A program made the translations under genes and the position numbers. The notes under the pieces were generated by a model. The model was given only the letters and a program-made list of their open reading frames with translations, was not told the DNA's origin and made no database searches. Below are positions 28,076 to 38,437 of a stretch of 64,000 nt of DNA, one piece after another. Source of the stretch: Candidatus Parvarchaeota archaeon (GTDB lineage: Archaea > Nanobdellota > Nanobdellia > WJKC01); the NCBI GenBank assembly GCA_030615175.1, contig JAUWZX010000001.1, forward strand, positions 524,044-588,043, given 5' to 3'. Every line of letters starts with the position of its first letter. Position 1 is the stretch's first letter.

Positions 28076-28795
28076 TTATTCATGGCATTCTATTATTATT
28101 TTAGAAACTGCTGGTACAATCGTGCTATGACCGTATTCTTCATAATAGAATTCCTTGCTGCCATTAACATTATTGTTCTGAACTTCTACCGGCGCACCGC
28201 ACCGTCTTAATACTTCATCATTAATAATCTTGTGATGGTATACTTTAACATTGTCTCCTGGTGTCGTGAACTGGTCTAATCCTACTCCCGCATCCCTCCA
28301 GTAGCCCCTGCCAATTAAGAATTGTAAAATTGCCATCAGGAAATCACATCCTTTTAATGGTGAGGCAAGCGTGTGTATCTCTATTGCCCCGTTAAATTCT
28401 AATTTATGCGCTGAGTACGCTGCTATCGTCCCGCCAGCACTATGCCCGATAATAATTACTTCTTCTAATTCCTTTCCATCAATGAATTCATTGAATTCGT
28501 TAATAAAGTCTTGGCTTAAATCTGCCAGTCTTGTTGTTTCATTATAATCAAAATCCATTACGCCCCTTACTTTAGGGTCATTGCTTATCAGGTCTTTATG
28601 ATAATCATATGAACCAGGGTCATGGTCGCCGAAGCCTCGTAGCAGGATGTAAGCTCTTGATTGGACTGAATTATTATTCTCGCACTCGAAAGTATTATTA
28701 GTTATTATCACACTGCCTCCTGTATTCATTAAATTACTAGCAATAAACCACGTTATTATAATGAAAATAATTAGGAATCCAAGTAATTTATTCAT
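28076..28795 (-). CDS. Membrane-anchored alpha/beta hydrolase
   Basis: GHSAGG nucleophile elbow, TLASPLKG, C-terminal GH. Confidence 0.8.
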   Translation of the reverse strand: MNKLLGFLIIFIIITWFIASNLMNTGGSVIITNNTFECENNNSVQSRAYILLRGFGDHDPGSYDYHKDLISNDPKVRGVMDFDYNETTRLADLSQDFINEFNEFIDGKELEEVIIIGHSAGGTIAAYSAHKLEFNGAIEIHTLASPLKGCDFLMAILQFLIGRGYWRDAGVGLDQFTTPGDNVKVYHHKIINDEVLRRCGAPVEVQNNNVNGSKEFYYEEYGHSTIVPAVSKIIIECHE

Positions 28796-28985
28796 AATAA
28801 CCTCATTAATTACTTAACTTATGTAGTAAAGGGCTTTAAATGTTTTCAAGCCACTGGCCGCGCTTTTTTGTGGTCACCTAGTAGAAAAATTTATTAACAG
28901 ATGTTAAATATAATTAACAAAATTAAGAAATTACTAAGTTAGCCACTGGCACCATTAATAAAAATAAAAAAAATAAAGAATTAAA

Positions 28986-29261
28986 TTATTTCTTTTTCAT
29001 GTGCATCATCATCTTATGCTTATACTTCTTCTTTAACATGATGAGTGCAGTGCTTACTAATGCAATCTTAAATGCCGTGTACCATGAAATTGTTCCAGCC
29101 AGTATTCCGGTAGGGAATAAGTCAGGCACAATCCAATCCCATAATAGTTTAGTAGCAATCCAGCAAACCGCTAATAAAATCAGGGCTTTTAAGCACATTG
29201 TTTTCTTACAGCACATTGAGTTCCAATCATGTTTATAGTCTTTGCCTTTGTCCTTGGCCAT
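28986..29261 (-). CDS. Small membrane protein
   Basis: Two TM helices, LWDWIVPDLFP...ISW motif. Confidence 0.65.
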   Translation of the reverse strand: MAKDKGKDYKHDWNSMCCKKTMCLKALILLAVCWIATKLLWDWIVPDLFPTGILAGTISWYTAFKIALVSTALIMLKKKYKHKMMMHMKKK

Positions 29262-29540
29262 AAGTAATATAGTAAAACTTAGTGACTTTTTAAGTTATTG
29301 ATAGTAGTATTCTCCTTTATCTTTAAAAAAGAAGCAGGAAAGGGGATTAGAGAATCCTTAGAAAGTTTAAGATGAAATTGAAGACGTATGGCAAAAGAGC
29401 TATAACAACTGAGAAAGCTTGTCTTGAATGCGGTGAAAGAGATTATGTGAAGAATGTGATGTTTCTTTAATAACTAAACTTAGAAAGAAGAATAAAGTTT
29501 TTAAATGCAATGCATAATTAAATTAAAGGAGTGGAGTAAG

Positions 29541-30821
29541 GTGACCCAATTCTTAAAAGCAAAAAATAATGAAATAACTAAAGAGATGAGATACGTAGCT
29601 AAAAATGAAAATATAGATGTTAATAAATTAAAAGAAAACATTGCTAAAGGCTATGTTGTTATTCTAGCCAATAAAAACCACAAAAATCTAAAACCCGTTG
29701 GGATAGGAAAGGATTTAATTATAAAGGTTAATGCAAACATTGGAGCTTCTCCAGACAAATCAGATCTAGAAAAAGAATTGGAAAAATTAAATGTGGTCTT
29801 AGAAGCAAAAGCAGATACAATAATGGATTTAACCATTGTTGATGATTATGAATATATTGATGAAATAAGAAGAAAAATGATTGAGAGATGTGATGTTCCT
29901 TTTGGAACTGTTCCAATATATCAAGCTGTTGTTGAATCTAAAGGTCCAGGAAATTTAACATTAGAAAATTATCTTAAGGTTTTTGAAAAACATGCTAAGG
30001 ACGGTGTTGATTTTACAACAGTTCATGCTGGTGTTACAAGGAATTCTATTCCTTTAGTTAATAAAAGATTGATGGCTGTAGTTAGTAGGGGAGGTTCTTT
30101 TTTATTACATTGGATGAAAAAACATAATAAGGAAAATTTTTTATATAAACATTTTGATGAAATCTTGGATATTGCAAGAGAATATGATGTTACTATAAGT
30201 TTGGGGGATGGTCTAAGACCTGGTTGTATAGCAGATTCAACAGATGAAGCACAGATTTATGAATTGCAAAAATTAGGAGAATTAGCTGAAAAATGTAAAG
30301 AAAGAGATGTTCAGGTTATGATTGAAGGTCCTGGGCATATCCCTTTAGACCAAATTAAGATGAATATTAAACTTGAAAAACATATATGTAAAGGTTCCCC
30401 TTTCTATGTGCTAGGTCCTTTACCTATAGATACTGCAGCAGGTTATGATCATGTTGCTGGTGCAATCGGTGGTGCTTTTGCTGGGATGTATGGTGCTGAT
30501 TTTTTATGTTATTTAACTTCAAAAGAACATATTGGTCTACCAAATATTGAAGAAGTGAGAGAGGGTGTTGTTATTGCTAAAATTGCCGCCCATTCTGTGG
30601 ATGTTGCAAGAGGAAATGAAAAAGCAATAGAACAAAATCATAAGATGGCAAAAGCAAGGAAGAAGAGAGATTGGAATAAAATGGCAAAACATGTTATTGA
30701 TTTAAAAAGATTCAAAGATTTGAGAAGAAAGGAATGTGATGGTGATCCTGCTTTAGAAAAAGCAGACAAATGCTCAATGTGTGGGGAGTATTGTGCATTT
30801 AAGATTTATCAAAAAGACTGA
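29541..30821 (+). CDS. thiC: Phosphomethylpyrimidine synthase ThiC (short archaeal type)
   Basis: GTG start after GGAG; KVNANIG, GTVPIYQ, VSRGGS, SLGDGLRPG, EGPGH, CSMCGEYC. Confidence 0.92.
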   Translation: MTQFLKAKNNEITKEMRYVAKNENIDVNKLKENIAKGYVVILANKNHKNLKPVGIGKDLIIKVNANIGASPDKSDLEKELEKLNVVLEAKADTIMDLTIVDDYEYIDEIRRKMIERCDVPFGTVPIYQAVVESKGPGNLTLENYLKVFEKHAKDGVDFTTVHAGVTRNSIPLVNKRLMAVVSRGGSFLLHWMKKHNKENFLYKHFDEILDIAREYDVTISLGDGLRPGCIADSTDEAQIYELQKLGELAEKCKERDVQVMIEGPGHIPLDQIKMNIKLEKHICKGSPFYVLGPLPIDTAAGYDHVAGAIGGAFAGMYGADFLCYLTSKEHIGLPNIEEVREGVVIAKIAAHSVDVARGNEKAIEQNHKMAKARKKRDWNKMAKHVIDLKRFKDLRRKECDGDPALEKADKCSMCGEYCAFKIYQKD

Positions 30822-30884
30822 TGAGGAATAATAATAGTAGAGTCCTTTAATGAATTGATTTCTTAAATATTTATACTTTACTAC

Positions 30885-32657
30885 TTATGTTGCGTAGTAA
30901 AATTCTCCTTTCCTTTTCTGCGTATCATCCTTCTGGCTGCCAGGCTTATTAGCTCTGGGGCGATGACTTTTCTCATCACGCCTGAACGTGATGTCCAACT
31001 CCATAAGGAATTTATTCATTCCTTCACGCATACTGAAAGGACCTGTAGCGTGACCAGTAACTGCCGGCACGCCAGTGAACACGAGCAACCGCTCACTAAT
31101 GAAGTCTAAGAACATGATGTCATGGTCAATCACTAAAGCTGAAGCATCATGCCTGTAATGAATTATTTCCTTAATAGCCATTGCCACAGCCATCCTCTGC
31201 TCAACATCCAGGTGAGCAGCCGGTTCATCAAGCAAGTAGAAATCAGCCTTCTTTAAAAGGCATCCAGCAACCATAACTCGTTGCAATTCACCGCCAGATA
31301 ATTCAACCAGTTTACGCCGCATGATAACGTTTAAATCCAGATGCCTGAAGTAATGTTTAAGCGCTGAATAATCCTTAAAAGAATTCAAATACTTACTAAC
31401 AGTCATCCTTGATTTGTTCCTGATGTACTGAGGCTTGTATGAAATCTTAATCTTACTGTCAGGCAGTCCTTCATCAGGCTTTACTTCGCTGTTAAGCATT
31501 CTGGCAAAAGTTGTTTTACCAATGCCATTAGGGCCAACAACTCCAACAACCTCTCCCTTGTAGAGTAATCCCTGCTCGACTTCCAGGTGATAATCCTTAA
31601 ATGATTTGCGCAGGTGAGGCCACTCAATCATTACTTCGCGCTTAATTAATCGTGAAGGCTCCTTGACTACGAATTTAATCTCCTCATCCCTGAAACGCAT
31701 GTTCTCCTCTCTTAAGTAACCAGCAAGGTATGAGTTAATGCCAACCCTGCTTGAGTAAGGGAAGCTAGTGACCCCGTAAGCTCCTTCATCGCCGAAGAAT
31801 ACGTGAACTAAATCAGTCATGTAATCAAGCATTATTAAATCATGCTCTACAACGAACACTGAATTCTCAGGACCAGCCAAACCCCTGATGATTCTTGCAA
31901 TCTTTAATCTCTGCTTAATATCCAAGTAACTTGAAGGCTCGTCAAAGAATTGAACATTACCCTTCTTTAATAACGTGGCTGCTATCGCTACTTTCTGTAA
32001 TTCACCGCCGCTTATTGATTTAATATCCCTGTCAAGTATAGTCCTTATCTCTAATTCATCCACTACCTTGTTTAATAATCCTTTCTCATCAGTCTTCTTT
32101 AATAGTTTTCTAACCTTGCCTTTGAATTTCTTAGGGATTAATTCAATGTACTGCGGCTTGTAAGCAATATCTAATTTATTATTAAACTTATCCTCAAAGT
32201 ACTGCTGTGTTTCAGTGCCTCCAAAGAATTTAATTAATTCCTTCTTACTTGCATCCTTAGTCCAGTCTCCTAAATTAGGATTTAAGTCGCCTGATAATAA
32301 GTTAATCGCTGTTGACTTGCCTATACCATTAGCACCTATTAACCCGACTACACGACCCTTCTTTGGTATTGGCAGGCCGTACAACCTGAAATCATTCTTT
32401 CCATACCTGTGCACTGGACTTGTTTTTAACTCCTTTGGAATGCGAACCACTTTTAAGGCTTCGAAAGGGCATTTCTTAGGGCATATAAGGCATGCAATGC
32501 ATAATTCTTCATTAACAGATACTTTCTTGTCATCATCAATTATGATGCATTCATCTCCTGCCTTGTTGCGGGGGCATACGCGCATGCAGAGGTAATCCCC
32601 GCAGGACTTTGGATTACACTTAGACTTCTCAACAATCACTACAACATCATTTGCCAT
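30885..32657 (-). CDS. rli: Ribosome recycling ATPase ABCE1/RLI
   Basis: N-terminal two 4Fe-4S Cys clusters, two ABC domains (GANGIGKS, GPNGIGKT, SGGELQ). Confidence 0.97.
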   Translation of the reverse strand: MANDVVVIVEKSKCNPKSCGDYLCMRVCPRNKAGDECIIIDDDKKVSVNEELCIACLICPKKCPFEALKVVRIPKELKTSPVHRYGKNDFRLYGLPIPKKGRVVGLIGANGIGKSTAINLLSGDLNPNLGDWTKDASKKELIKFFGGTETQQYFEDKFNNKLDIAYKPQYIELIPKKFKGKVRKLLKKTDEKGLLNKVVDELEIRTILDRDIKSISGGELQKVAIAATLLKKGNVQFFDEPSSYLDIKQRLKIARIIRGLAGPENSVFVVEHDLIMLDYMTDLVHVFFGDEGAYGVTSFPYSSRVGINSYLAGYLREENMRFRDEEIKFVVKEPSRLIKREVMIEWPHLRKSFKDYHLEVEQGLLYKGEVVGVVGPNGIGKTTFARMLNSEVKPDEGLPDSKIKISYKPQYIRNKSRMTVSKYLNSFKDYSALKHYFRHLDLNVIMRRKLVELSGGELQRVMVAGCLLKKADFYLLDEPAAHLDVEQRMAVAMAIKEIIHYRHDASALVIDHDIMFLDFISERLLVFTGVPAVTGHATGPFSMREGMNKFLMELDITFRRDEKSHRPRANKPGSQKDDTQKRKGEFYYAT

Positions 32658-33489
32658 ACAAGTAAACTCTTTCAGCGTTATTATAGAACACCATGTCTTT
32701 CACTTCACTGAGCGTGTCAATTCCTTCAACGCGCCAGTACTCGCTGGGGTAGAAACCCCACGGTTCATCACTAGCGAAGAAAACATGCTTTAATCCTTCA
32801 AAAAACTTATTCTCCAACTTCTTTATTAGCCAGTAAGGCGCGAACCCCCTGCAGAAACTAGTATCACAGTAGAATTCATAATCATCCTTCAACCACTTAA
32901 TGAATAATGGCATGAATTTGAAGTGCCCTCTAGCACTGCCTCCCATGTGAACGAATTGAATTTTTAAATCCCTGCCATACTCATTAACGAATGGTACATA
33001 ATTCAACGGGTCACTGTTACCTGAACCAGTATGTAGTTGAAGCATTAAATTCTTATTCTTAACTATTTCAACGATTTTATCCATATTATTCGCAAACCCC
33101 TTACTCCAAGTCTTAGGGTCAGGCGTTATTCCTTCAGGCCATGCGTCAGGACTCATTTTAATACCAACTACTTTATCCTGAATTAATCTTAAGTGTTCAT
33201 TAACTAATTCAGTGAACCTGTGCTCTGGATTAAAGTATAAGCAGCCATAAGCATTACCCAGCCCCTTAATGACTTTAATTACTAAGTAATTATCCGAGAA
33301 TGAACCAGCCTGTTCAGGCTTGTAATGAGGCATGAATATTGCTTTACTAACATTATTCTTCTGCATGAATAATTCAGCATCCTTGTAATCCTTAATCTCC
33401 CTGCCCTTGAATGGCTCTACGAGGCTGCCTGCTATCCTCTGTTCACCCCACTCACCTAAGTGAACGTGAGTGTCAAAAACCTTTCTCAT
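32647..33489 (-). CDS. Amidohydrolase-family (TIM barrel) metal-dependent hydrolase
   Basis: DTHVHLG, LHTG, VHMGG, FASDEP, NAERV. Confidence 0.85.
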   Translation of the reverse strand: MRKVFDTHVHLGEWGEQRIAGSLVEPFKGREIKDYKDAELFMQKNNVSKAIFMPHYKPEQAGSFSDNYLVIKVIKGLGNAYGCLYFNPEHRFTELVNEHLRLIQDKVVGIKMSPDAWPEGITPDPKTWSKGFANNMDKIVEIVKNKNLMLQLHTGSGNSDPLNYVPFVNEYGRDLKIQFVHMGGSARGHFKFMPLFIKWLKDDYEFYCDTSFCRGFAPYWLIKKLENKFFEGLKHVFFASDEPWGFYPSEYWRVEGIDTLSEVKDMVFYNNAERVYLYGK

Positions 33490-34027
33490 AGTCTTTAATT
33501 AAACACTCTATTACTTTTAATCTTTTTTTAACATTCTTTCTTTTCTTCTCATAGTACTCTGGCAGGCAAATCATTTCCATCCCTGAATCCTCATATGATT
33601 CTTTTAAGTGATTGCATATTTCTAACTGTATTTCCCTGTCTTCCCATCTAACGCCATCATCTTCGTAATGGCTTAAAGGCTCTAAGTAAATGATTAAGTC
33701 ATAATCAAGATTACTCATCATTCCTTTAATCTCATCACTGGGCTCTAATCCTCTTTGTTTATAATACCCCCAGCAGTCGAGAGGGCTGCGGTCAAGGAAT
33801 ATTATTCCTTCATTACTTAATCCTTTTTCAAGACTTAATTGTTTCTTTATCACTGTATACTGGAATTTAACAAAATCCTTCCACGGCAGCATGTCCGAAT
33901 CCTTAGCCCGCTCTTCATTAATCACAGCCCTTGCAACTTCCTCAATTACTTTATAACCTTTAATTTTTAATCTCTCTATCAGGGTTGTCTTGCCAGTACA
34001 TGGTCCGCCGGTAATCACGATTTTCAT
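33473..34027 (-). CDS. NadR-like/AAA_28 P-loop ATPase
   Basis: MKIVITGGPCTGKTT, FLDRSPLD. Confidence 0.85.
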   Translation of the reverse strand: MKIVITGGPCTGKTTLIERLKIKGYKVIEEVARAVINEERAKDSDMLPWKDFVKFQYTVIKKQLSLEKGLSNEGIIFLDRSPLDCWGYYKQRGLEPSDEIKGMMSNLDYDLIIYLEPLSHYEDDGVRWEDREIQLEICNHLKESYEDSGMEMICLPEYYEKKRKNVKKRLKVIECLIKDYEKGF

Positions 34028-34086
34028 TAATCCTTTTTTAAGTAAAAACAAATTTATAAATAAACCCTTTATATTATTCTTTATTC

Positions 34087-35211
34087 ATGCTCATCGGCAT
34101 TGTAGGTGCTCCAAACCAGGGGAAATCCACTTTATTTAATGCTTTAACGCTTGCAGGCGCTGAAGTAGCTTCTCACCCGTTCACAACTATCAAGCCTAAT
34201 GAGGGAGTGGCTTACTTTAAAGCCAAGTGCCCTAAGGACCCGTGCAATCCAAGGCATGGTTACTGCATTAAAGGCAACCGCTTCATTCCAATCAAGGTAT
34301 TGGATGTTGCAGGATTAGTTCCAGGCGCCAGTGAAGGCAAGGGCTTAGGCAATCAATTCATGAATGATTTAAGCACTGCTGATGCGTTCATAATAGTGGT
34401 TGACGCTTCAGGCAGGACTGGGTGTGAAGGCGAGTTAATGGAGGTTCATGACCCTATTGAAACAATTAAATTCATTCTTGAAGAGATTGATAAGTGGTTT
34501 TCAGGAGTTATTAAGAGGCAGTGGGAGACTGTGAAGAAGAGGGTTGATAAGAAGCCTTCTAAATTACTTGCAGAGAAACTTGCTGGTTTAGGTATTAGGG
34601 AGGAACACATTAAGCATGCAATGAATGATGATATTAACTTATTTGCAAAAAAACTCAGGGAGTTATCAAAACCTTTCATAATAGCTGCTAATAAGATGGA
34701 TTTGAATGGCAGTGAGAGTAATTTCAAGCGATTAAAGAATGAATTCAAGAATACCATAGTTATTCCTGTAAGCGCTCTTGTTGAATTAACCCTTAGGGAG
34801 GCTGGTGATAAGGGATTCATTGAGTACGTTCCAGGTGAAAGAGAATTCAAGCCATTAAAGGAGATGAGTGACCAGCAGAGCAAGGGATTGCATTACATTA
34901 AAGCATTCCTTGACGGGCATGAAGGCACTGGAGTTCAGGAATGCATTAACAGAGTTGTGATTGAATTATTAAAGCTTAAAGTAGTTTACCCTGTGCAGAA
35001 TGATAATAAGTGGGCTGACAGTAAGGGCAACGTCCTGCCTGATGCTTATTTATTAAAGGATAACGCTACTGCCTTGGATTTAGCGTATAAAGTGCACACA
35101 GAGATTGGTGATTCATTCATTAGAGCGGTTGACGCGAGGACTAGGAAGACTCTTGGCAGGGATTACGCATTAAAGGATGGTGACGTTATCAGAATGGTTG
35201 TTAAGGGTTAA
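34087..35211 (+). CDS. YchF/Obg-family translation-associated GTPase with TGS domain
   Basis: GAPNQGKST, PFTTI, DVAGLV, NKMD, C-terminal TGS. Confidence 0.93.
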   Translation: MLIGIVGAPNQGKSTLFNALTLAGAEVASHPFTTIKPNEGVAYFKAKCPKDPCNPRHGYCIKGNRFIPIKVLDVAGLVPGASEGKGLGNQFMNDLSTADAFIIVVDASGRTGCEGELMEVHDPIETIKFILEEIDKWFSGVIKRQWETVKKRVDKKPSKLLAEKLAGLGIREEHIKHAMNDDINLFAKKLRELSKPFIIAANKMDLNGSESNFKRLKNEFKNTIVIPVSALVELTLREAGDKGFIEYVPGEREFKPLKEMSDQQSKGLHYIKAFLDGHEGTGVQECINRVVIELLKLKVVYPVQNDNKWADSKGNVLPDAYLLKDNATALDLAYKVHTEIGDSFIRAVDARTRKTLGRDYALKDGDVIRMVVKG

Positions 35212-35673
35212 TTTTAAATTACTAACGAGTAATGGTATTGAGTCATGAATGTAATTAACTATTTCTTTAATGTATTCTCCTACTGCTTTACTATTCGCTC
35301 TCCAGTTAGGAATGACTTCAGTAGCATCCTTTACTGATGTTTTTTCCCTGTAACAGACATCGTTGAATAGTATTGAATTAGCATTGAATTCTTTAGTTAA
35401 GTATTCTTGATGAATTCTTGACATTGCTATGATTAAATCATTATTGTCCAGTAATTCTTTAGTCAGGAAGGTCGGTTTATGTTTTGAAATATTAATGCCT
35501 AAATCATTTAATGCAGCTTTTGTTTCAGTAAAAACTTCATAAGCTTCATTCCTTGTAGCTGCTGAGGAGGCGTTTACGTTGCGAATGTCGTGTTTTCTTA
35601 TGTAATCTTTCAGGCAGTACTCTGCAGTCATGCTTCTGAATATGTTCCCTGTGCAAATAAATATGATATTCAT
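35170..35673 (-). CDS. Low-molecular-weight protein-tyrosine phosphatase family protein
   Basis: FICTGNIFRS (CX5R), DLIIAM. Confidence 0.85.
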   Translation of the reverse strand: MNIIFICTGNIFRSMTAEYCLKDYIRKHDIRNVNASSAATRNEAYEVFTETKAALNDLGINISKHKPTFLTKELLDNNDLIIAMSRIHQEYLTKEFNANSILFNDVCYREKTSVKDATEVIPNWRANSKAVGEYIKEIVNYIHDSIPLLVSNLKLTLNNHSDNVTIL

Positions 35674-35777
35674 TTACTTTAGCTTTTAAAGAATTGTTAT
35701 TTAAAAAGGTTCTTGCATCTAATAACTGTTATAATTAAAGAGTAATTTTTAAAATAAGTTAATCAATCTAATAGTTG

Positions 35778-36731
35778 ATGAGTCAGGCAGTTCTTTGCGG
35801 TTATGAATTAAGGAATCCTTTTCTGAATGCTTCAGGATTGTTTTCCGATTCTCCGGCACTGCTTAAGGAATGGGTGCGTGCAGGTGTTGGTGCAGTGATT
35901 ACTAAGTCAATAACTCTTAATGAGAAGAAATCCAATCCTTTTAATTACTTTAAGACTCCTCCTGAACTCATCCTAATTAAGGGTTCTGATTACACTATTA
36001 ATTCAATGGGTCTTCCTAATAAAGGATTTATGTGGTGGAAGAAGGAGTTAAGTAAGACTAGCTTTAGCATTCCTTTAGTAGTGAGTGTGGCGACAGGCAC
36101 TGGCGACTTAAGCGAGTATTCAAAAATCATTAATGAGTTAGAACCTTTTGCCAGCATCTTTGACGTTAACGTGTCCTGCCCTAACACGAGCAACAGGATT
36201 ATTGGTTATGACTTGGAATCATTAAGTGAAGTGCTTTCATCAATAAACACTGATAAGCCTTTTAGCGTGAAACTGCCCTGTTATTATGATAAGAATTCCT
36301 TGAAGGATGTGATTCTTGACTTTGACGAGGTTGGCATGCACTTCCTTAAAGAGAAAGCAGTTGTTCAAGTTCCTGAAGAAATCAATGAAGATGAATTAAT
36401 CAGTGTTCTTGACTTACTTGATGATTATGGAGTTAAGTGCGTTACCTCTCATAATACTTTCCCTGTCAGCCACCCATTACTTAGCATGCCAAGAGGAGGG
36501 CTTTCCGGCAGACCGATTCATGACATTAGTGTTAAGCAGGCAGGCTTTATTTCAGAGCATTCAAGTCTTGAAATCATTGCGAGCGGCGGCATCTTGAATC
36601 CGAATGATGCTTCAGACTTCCTGAGTATCAGTAATGTCAGGGCAGTTCTTTTAGGAAGCGGTTATTTCCAGTATGATTCTGTTAAATCATTCGTCTTCGA
36701 ATTCATCAAAAAAGCGTCGCAGCTCATCTGA
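35778..36731 (+). CDS. pyrD: Dihydroorotate dehydrogenase family 1
   Basis: NPFLNASG, ITKSIT, NSMGLPN, NVSCPNT, GGLSG, IASGGI. Confidence 0.88.
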   Translation: MSQAVLCGYELRNPFLNASGLFSDSPALLKEWVRAGVGAVITKSITLNEKKSNPFNYFKTPPELILIKGSDYTINSMGLPNKGFMWWKKELSKTSFSIPLVVSVATGTGDLSEYSKIINELEPFASIFDVNVSCPNTSNRIIGYDLESLSEVLSSINTDKPFSVKLPCYYDKNSLKDVILDFDEVGMHFLKEKAVVQVPEEINEDELISVLDLLDDYGVKCVTSHNTFPVSHPLLSMPRGGLSGRPIHDISVKQAGFISEHSSLEIIASGGILNPNDASDFLSISNVRAVLLGSGYFQYDSVKSFVFEFIKKASQLI

Positions 36732-37220
36732 GTCCTTTGGCTGTTTATCTTTAAGTTTATCTAAAAAGCGCTGCAGAGAATCAAGATTTCCTGTGAAAAT
36801 AACTCCTCTCCTCCTTGGCCTGACGCGTTGCATTTTCTTTAATTCTGGTCTTCTTATCTTTAGTGACTGTTTAAAATTCTTTTCGTAAATCATTTTCGTA
36901 TTCCTGATTAATCCAGTTATGAGTTTAGTCTTAAAACTTTTTGATGCGTATAATCCTTTGTAAATTATTTCTATTAACTCCTGGTCCGCTTCTTGCAGGA
37001 ATCCTTCATATATTCTTTCCTGCTCTTTATTGAGTTCAGTTAATCCATAAAAGTTATTGCCAAATTCCTTTAACTTATTATTCGTGCATTCCAGTAATAA
37101 GAATTCAAGAACTCTTCCATCCCTGTCAAGCCCTCTCTTTAATGCATTGTTAAATGCGTAAATAAAGTTTTTATCTGCCTGCTCAAGGAATTCCAGATAA
37201 CTTTTCAAAACATTATTCAT
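36687..37220 (-). CDS. Hypothetical protein
   Basis: Translationally coupled to upstream SIS gene. Confidence 0.6.
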   Translation of the reverse strand: MNNVLKSYLEFLEQADKNFIYAFNNALKRGLDRDGRVLEFLLLECTNNKLKEFGNNFYGLTELNKEQERIYEGFLQEADQELIEIIYKGLYASKSFKTKLITGLIRNTKMIYEKNFKQSLKIRRPELKKMQRVRPRRRGVIFTGNLDSLQRFLDKLKDKQPKDSDELRRFFDEFEDE

Positions 37221-38338
37221 TCTAACTCCTCATCCCTGTGCGTTCTCTTCATGTCATCCTCTGTTATCCCATTACTCTTAGCTATTAATGCGAGTAATGA
37301 GTCAAGCGTTAAGTAAGTGTTTAACTCGAATAATGGCAGGAATTTGCTTTTCATATCAGTAATTGACGTGTTATAATCACTTTCAGCCCATTCTCTTCCA
37401 GTTATTATTAAGTTACCGTAAGGTCTTGTTAATTCGCCCAGCATTGAATCATTAAATGAGGTTATCCCAAACACGTTCATTCCAGTTTCTAATGCCTGCT
37501 CTGCATAAGTTATTATCTGGCTTGTTTCACCGCTGCCACTAATGAGTATGCATAAATCTTCTTTTTTCCTGCTCTTCCAGTGCCCTTCATAAATCACTCT
37601 TAAGTCTTTCTCTTCATTACTTAAGTGACCATACCTTATGGCGGCAACCCTTGAGATTATTTCATTAGTTCCTAATCCAATGAAGTAAACGTTTTTATCA
37701 TTAATTAAGTAGTTATTAATTATTTCATTGAAATTATTAATTGAGTCTGCTTGTTCTGTTAAGTTAGCAAGGTTTGTTTTCATTTCATTAATTATGCGGT
37801 CACGCGTTTCTTCATATGAGTTTATTTTATTATCTTCATTGAATGCCTGTCCGAGGCATGAGCATAGTACCGCGCTTGCCTGCTCGAATTCAGTGCCTAA
37901 CAGTGAGTAATCCTTTACTCGTTCATCATTTTTCGGGATTAATATTACGTAATCAAATGCATTAATTAATTTTTCATTACTGGTTATGAACACTGTTTTC
38001 AGTTCTTTCTTATTCGCGAATAAGGCATCCTTTAATGTTCTCCCGCTGCCTGACCTTGAATTACTTATGAATATGTCTTCCTTGATTAATGGTCTTAAAT
38101 TAGCATTATTAACCTGGCTTACCCTAGTGCCATACCAATTCTCTGCTGAGTCATTGAATAATAAAACGCTTAATAGGGATCTTCCTGAACCATTAACTGT
38201 TATTCTCTTTTCCTTAACCCCGTTGCTTAATAATTCAAGACAGTCTCTTATCACGCCATCATCAATCTTATTTAATGATTCATCAATACTGTTTAACATG
38301 TAATTATATGCTTTAATGAAGAAGTTTAAGTCATTCAC
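37217..38338 (-). CDS. Tandem SIS-domain protein, 6-phospho-3-hexuloisomerase-like
   Basis: Half 1 GSGRS, SRSGSG, GTEFEQ; half 2 ISGSGET, LFEL, MKRTH. Confidence 0.8.
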   Translation of the reverse strand: MNDLNFFIKAYNYMLNSIDESLNKIDDGVIRDCLELLSNGVKEKRITVNGSGRSLLSVLLFNDSAENWYGTRVSQVNNANLRPLIKEDIFISNSRSGSGRTLKDALFANKKELKTVFITSNEKLINAFDYVILIPKNDERVKDYSLLGTEFEQASAVLCSCLGQAFNEDNKINSYEETRDRIINEMKTNLANLTEQADSINNFNEIINNYLINDKNVYFIGLGTNEIISRVAAIRYGHLSNEEKDLRVIYEGHWKSRKKEDLCILISGSGETSQIITYAEQALETGMNVFGITSFNDSMLGELTRPYGNLIITGREWAESDYNTSITDMKSKFLPLFELNTYLTLDSLLALIAKSNGITEDDMKRTHRDEELE

Positions 38339-38437
38339 AATTCAGGATTGATTAAGTAATGTTTTATAAATTTTTTTGAAGAACTTAACGCAGTAATAAT
38401 CATAATTCTTTTATTCCTATTCGTCATTTCTTTATTT

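Noticed and set aside
28849..28950. GCCACTG as part of a cobalamin riboswitch
   Set aside because: The other conserved blocks (GGGAA, ACTGT, GGGAAG) are missing and the context is too AT-rich.
29330..29540. TPP riboswitch upstream of thiC
   Set aside because: CTGAGA is present, but no ACCTGA or GCGNAGGGA elements or P-stem pairing.
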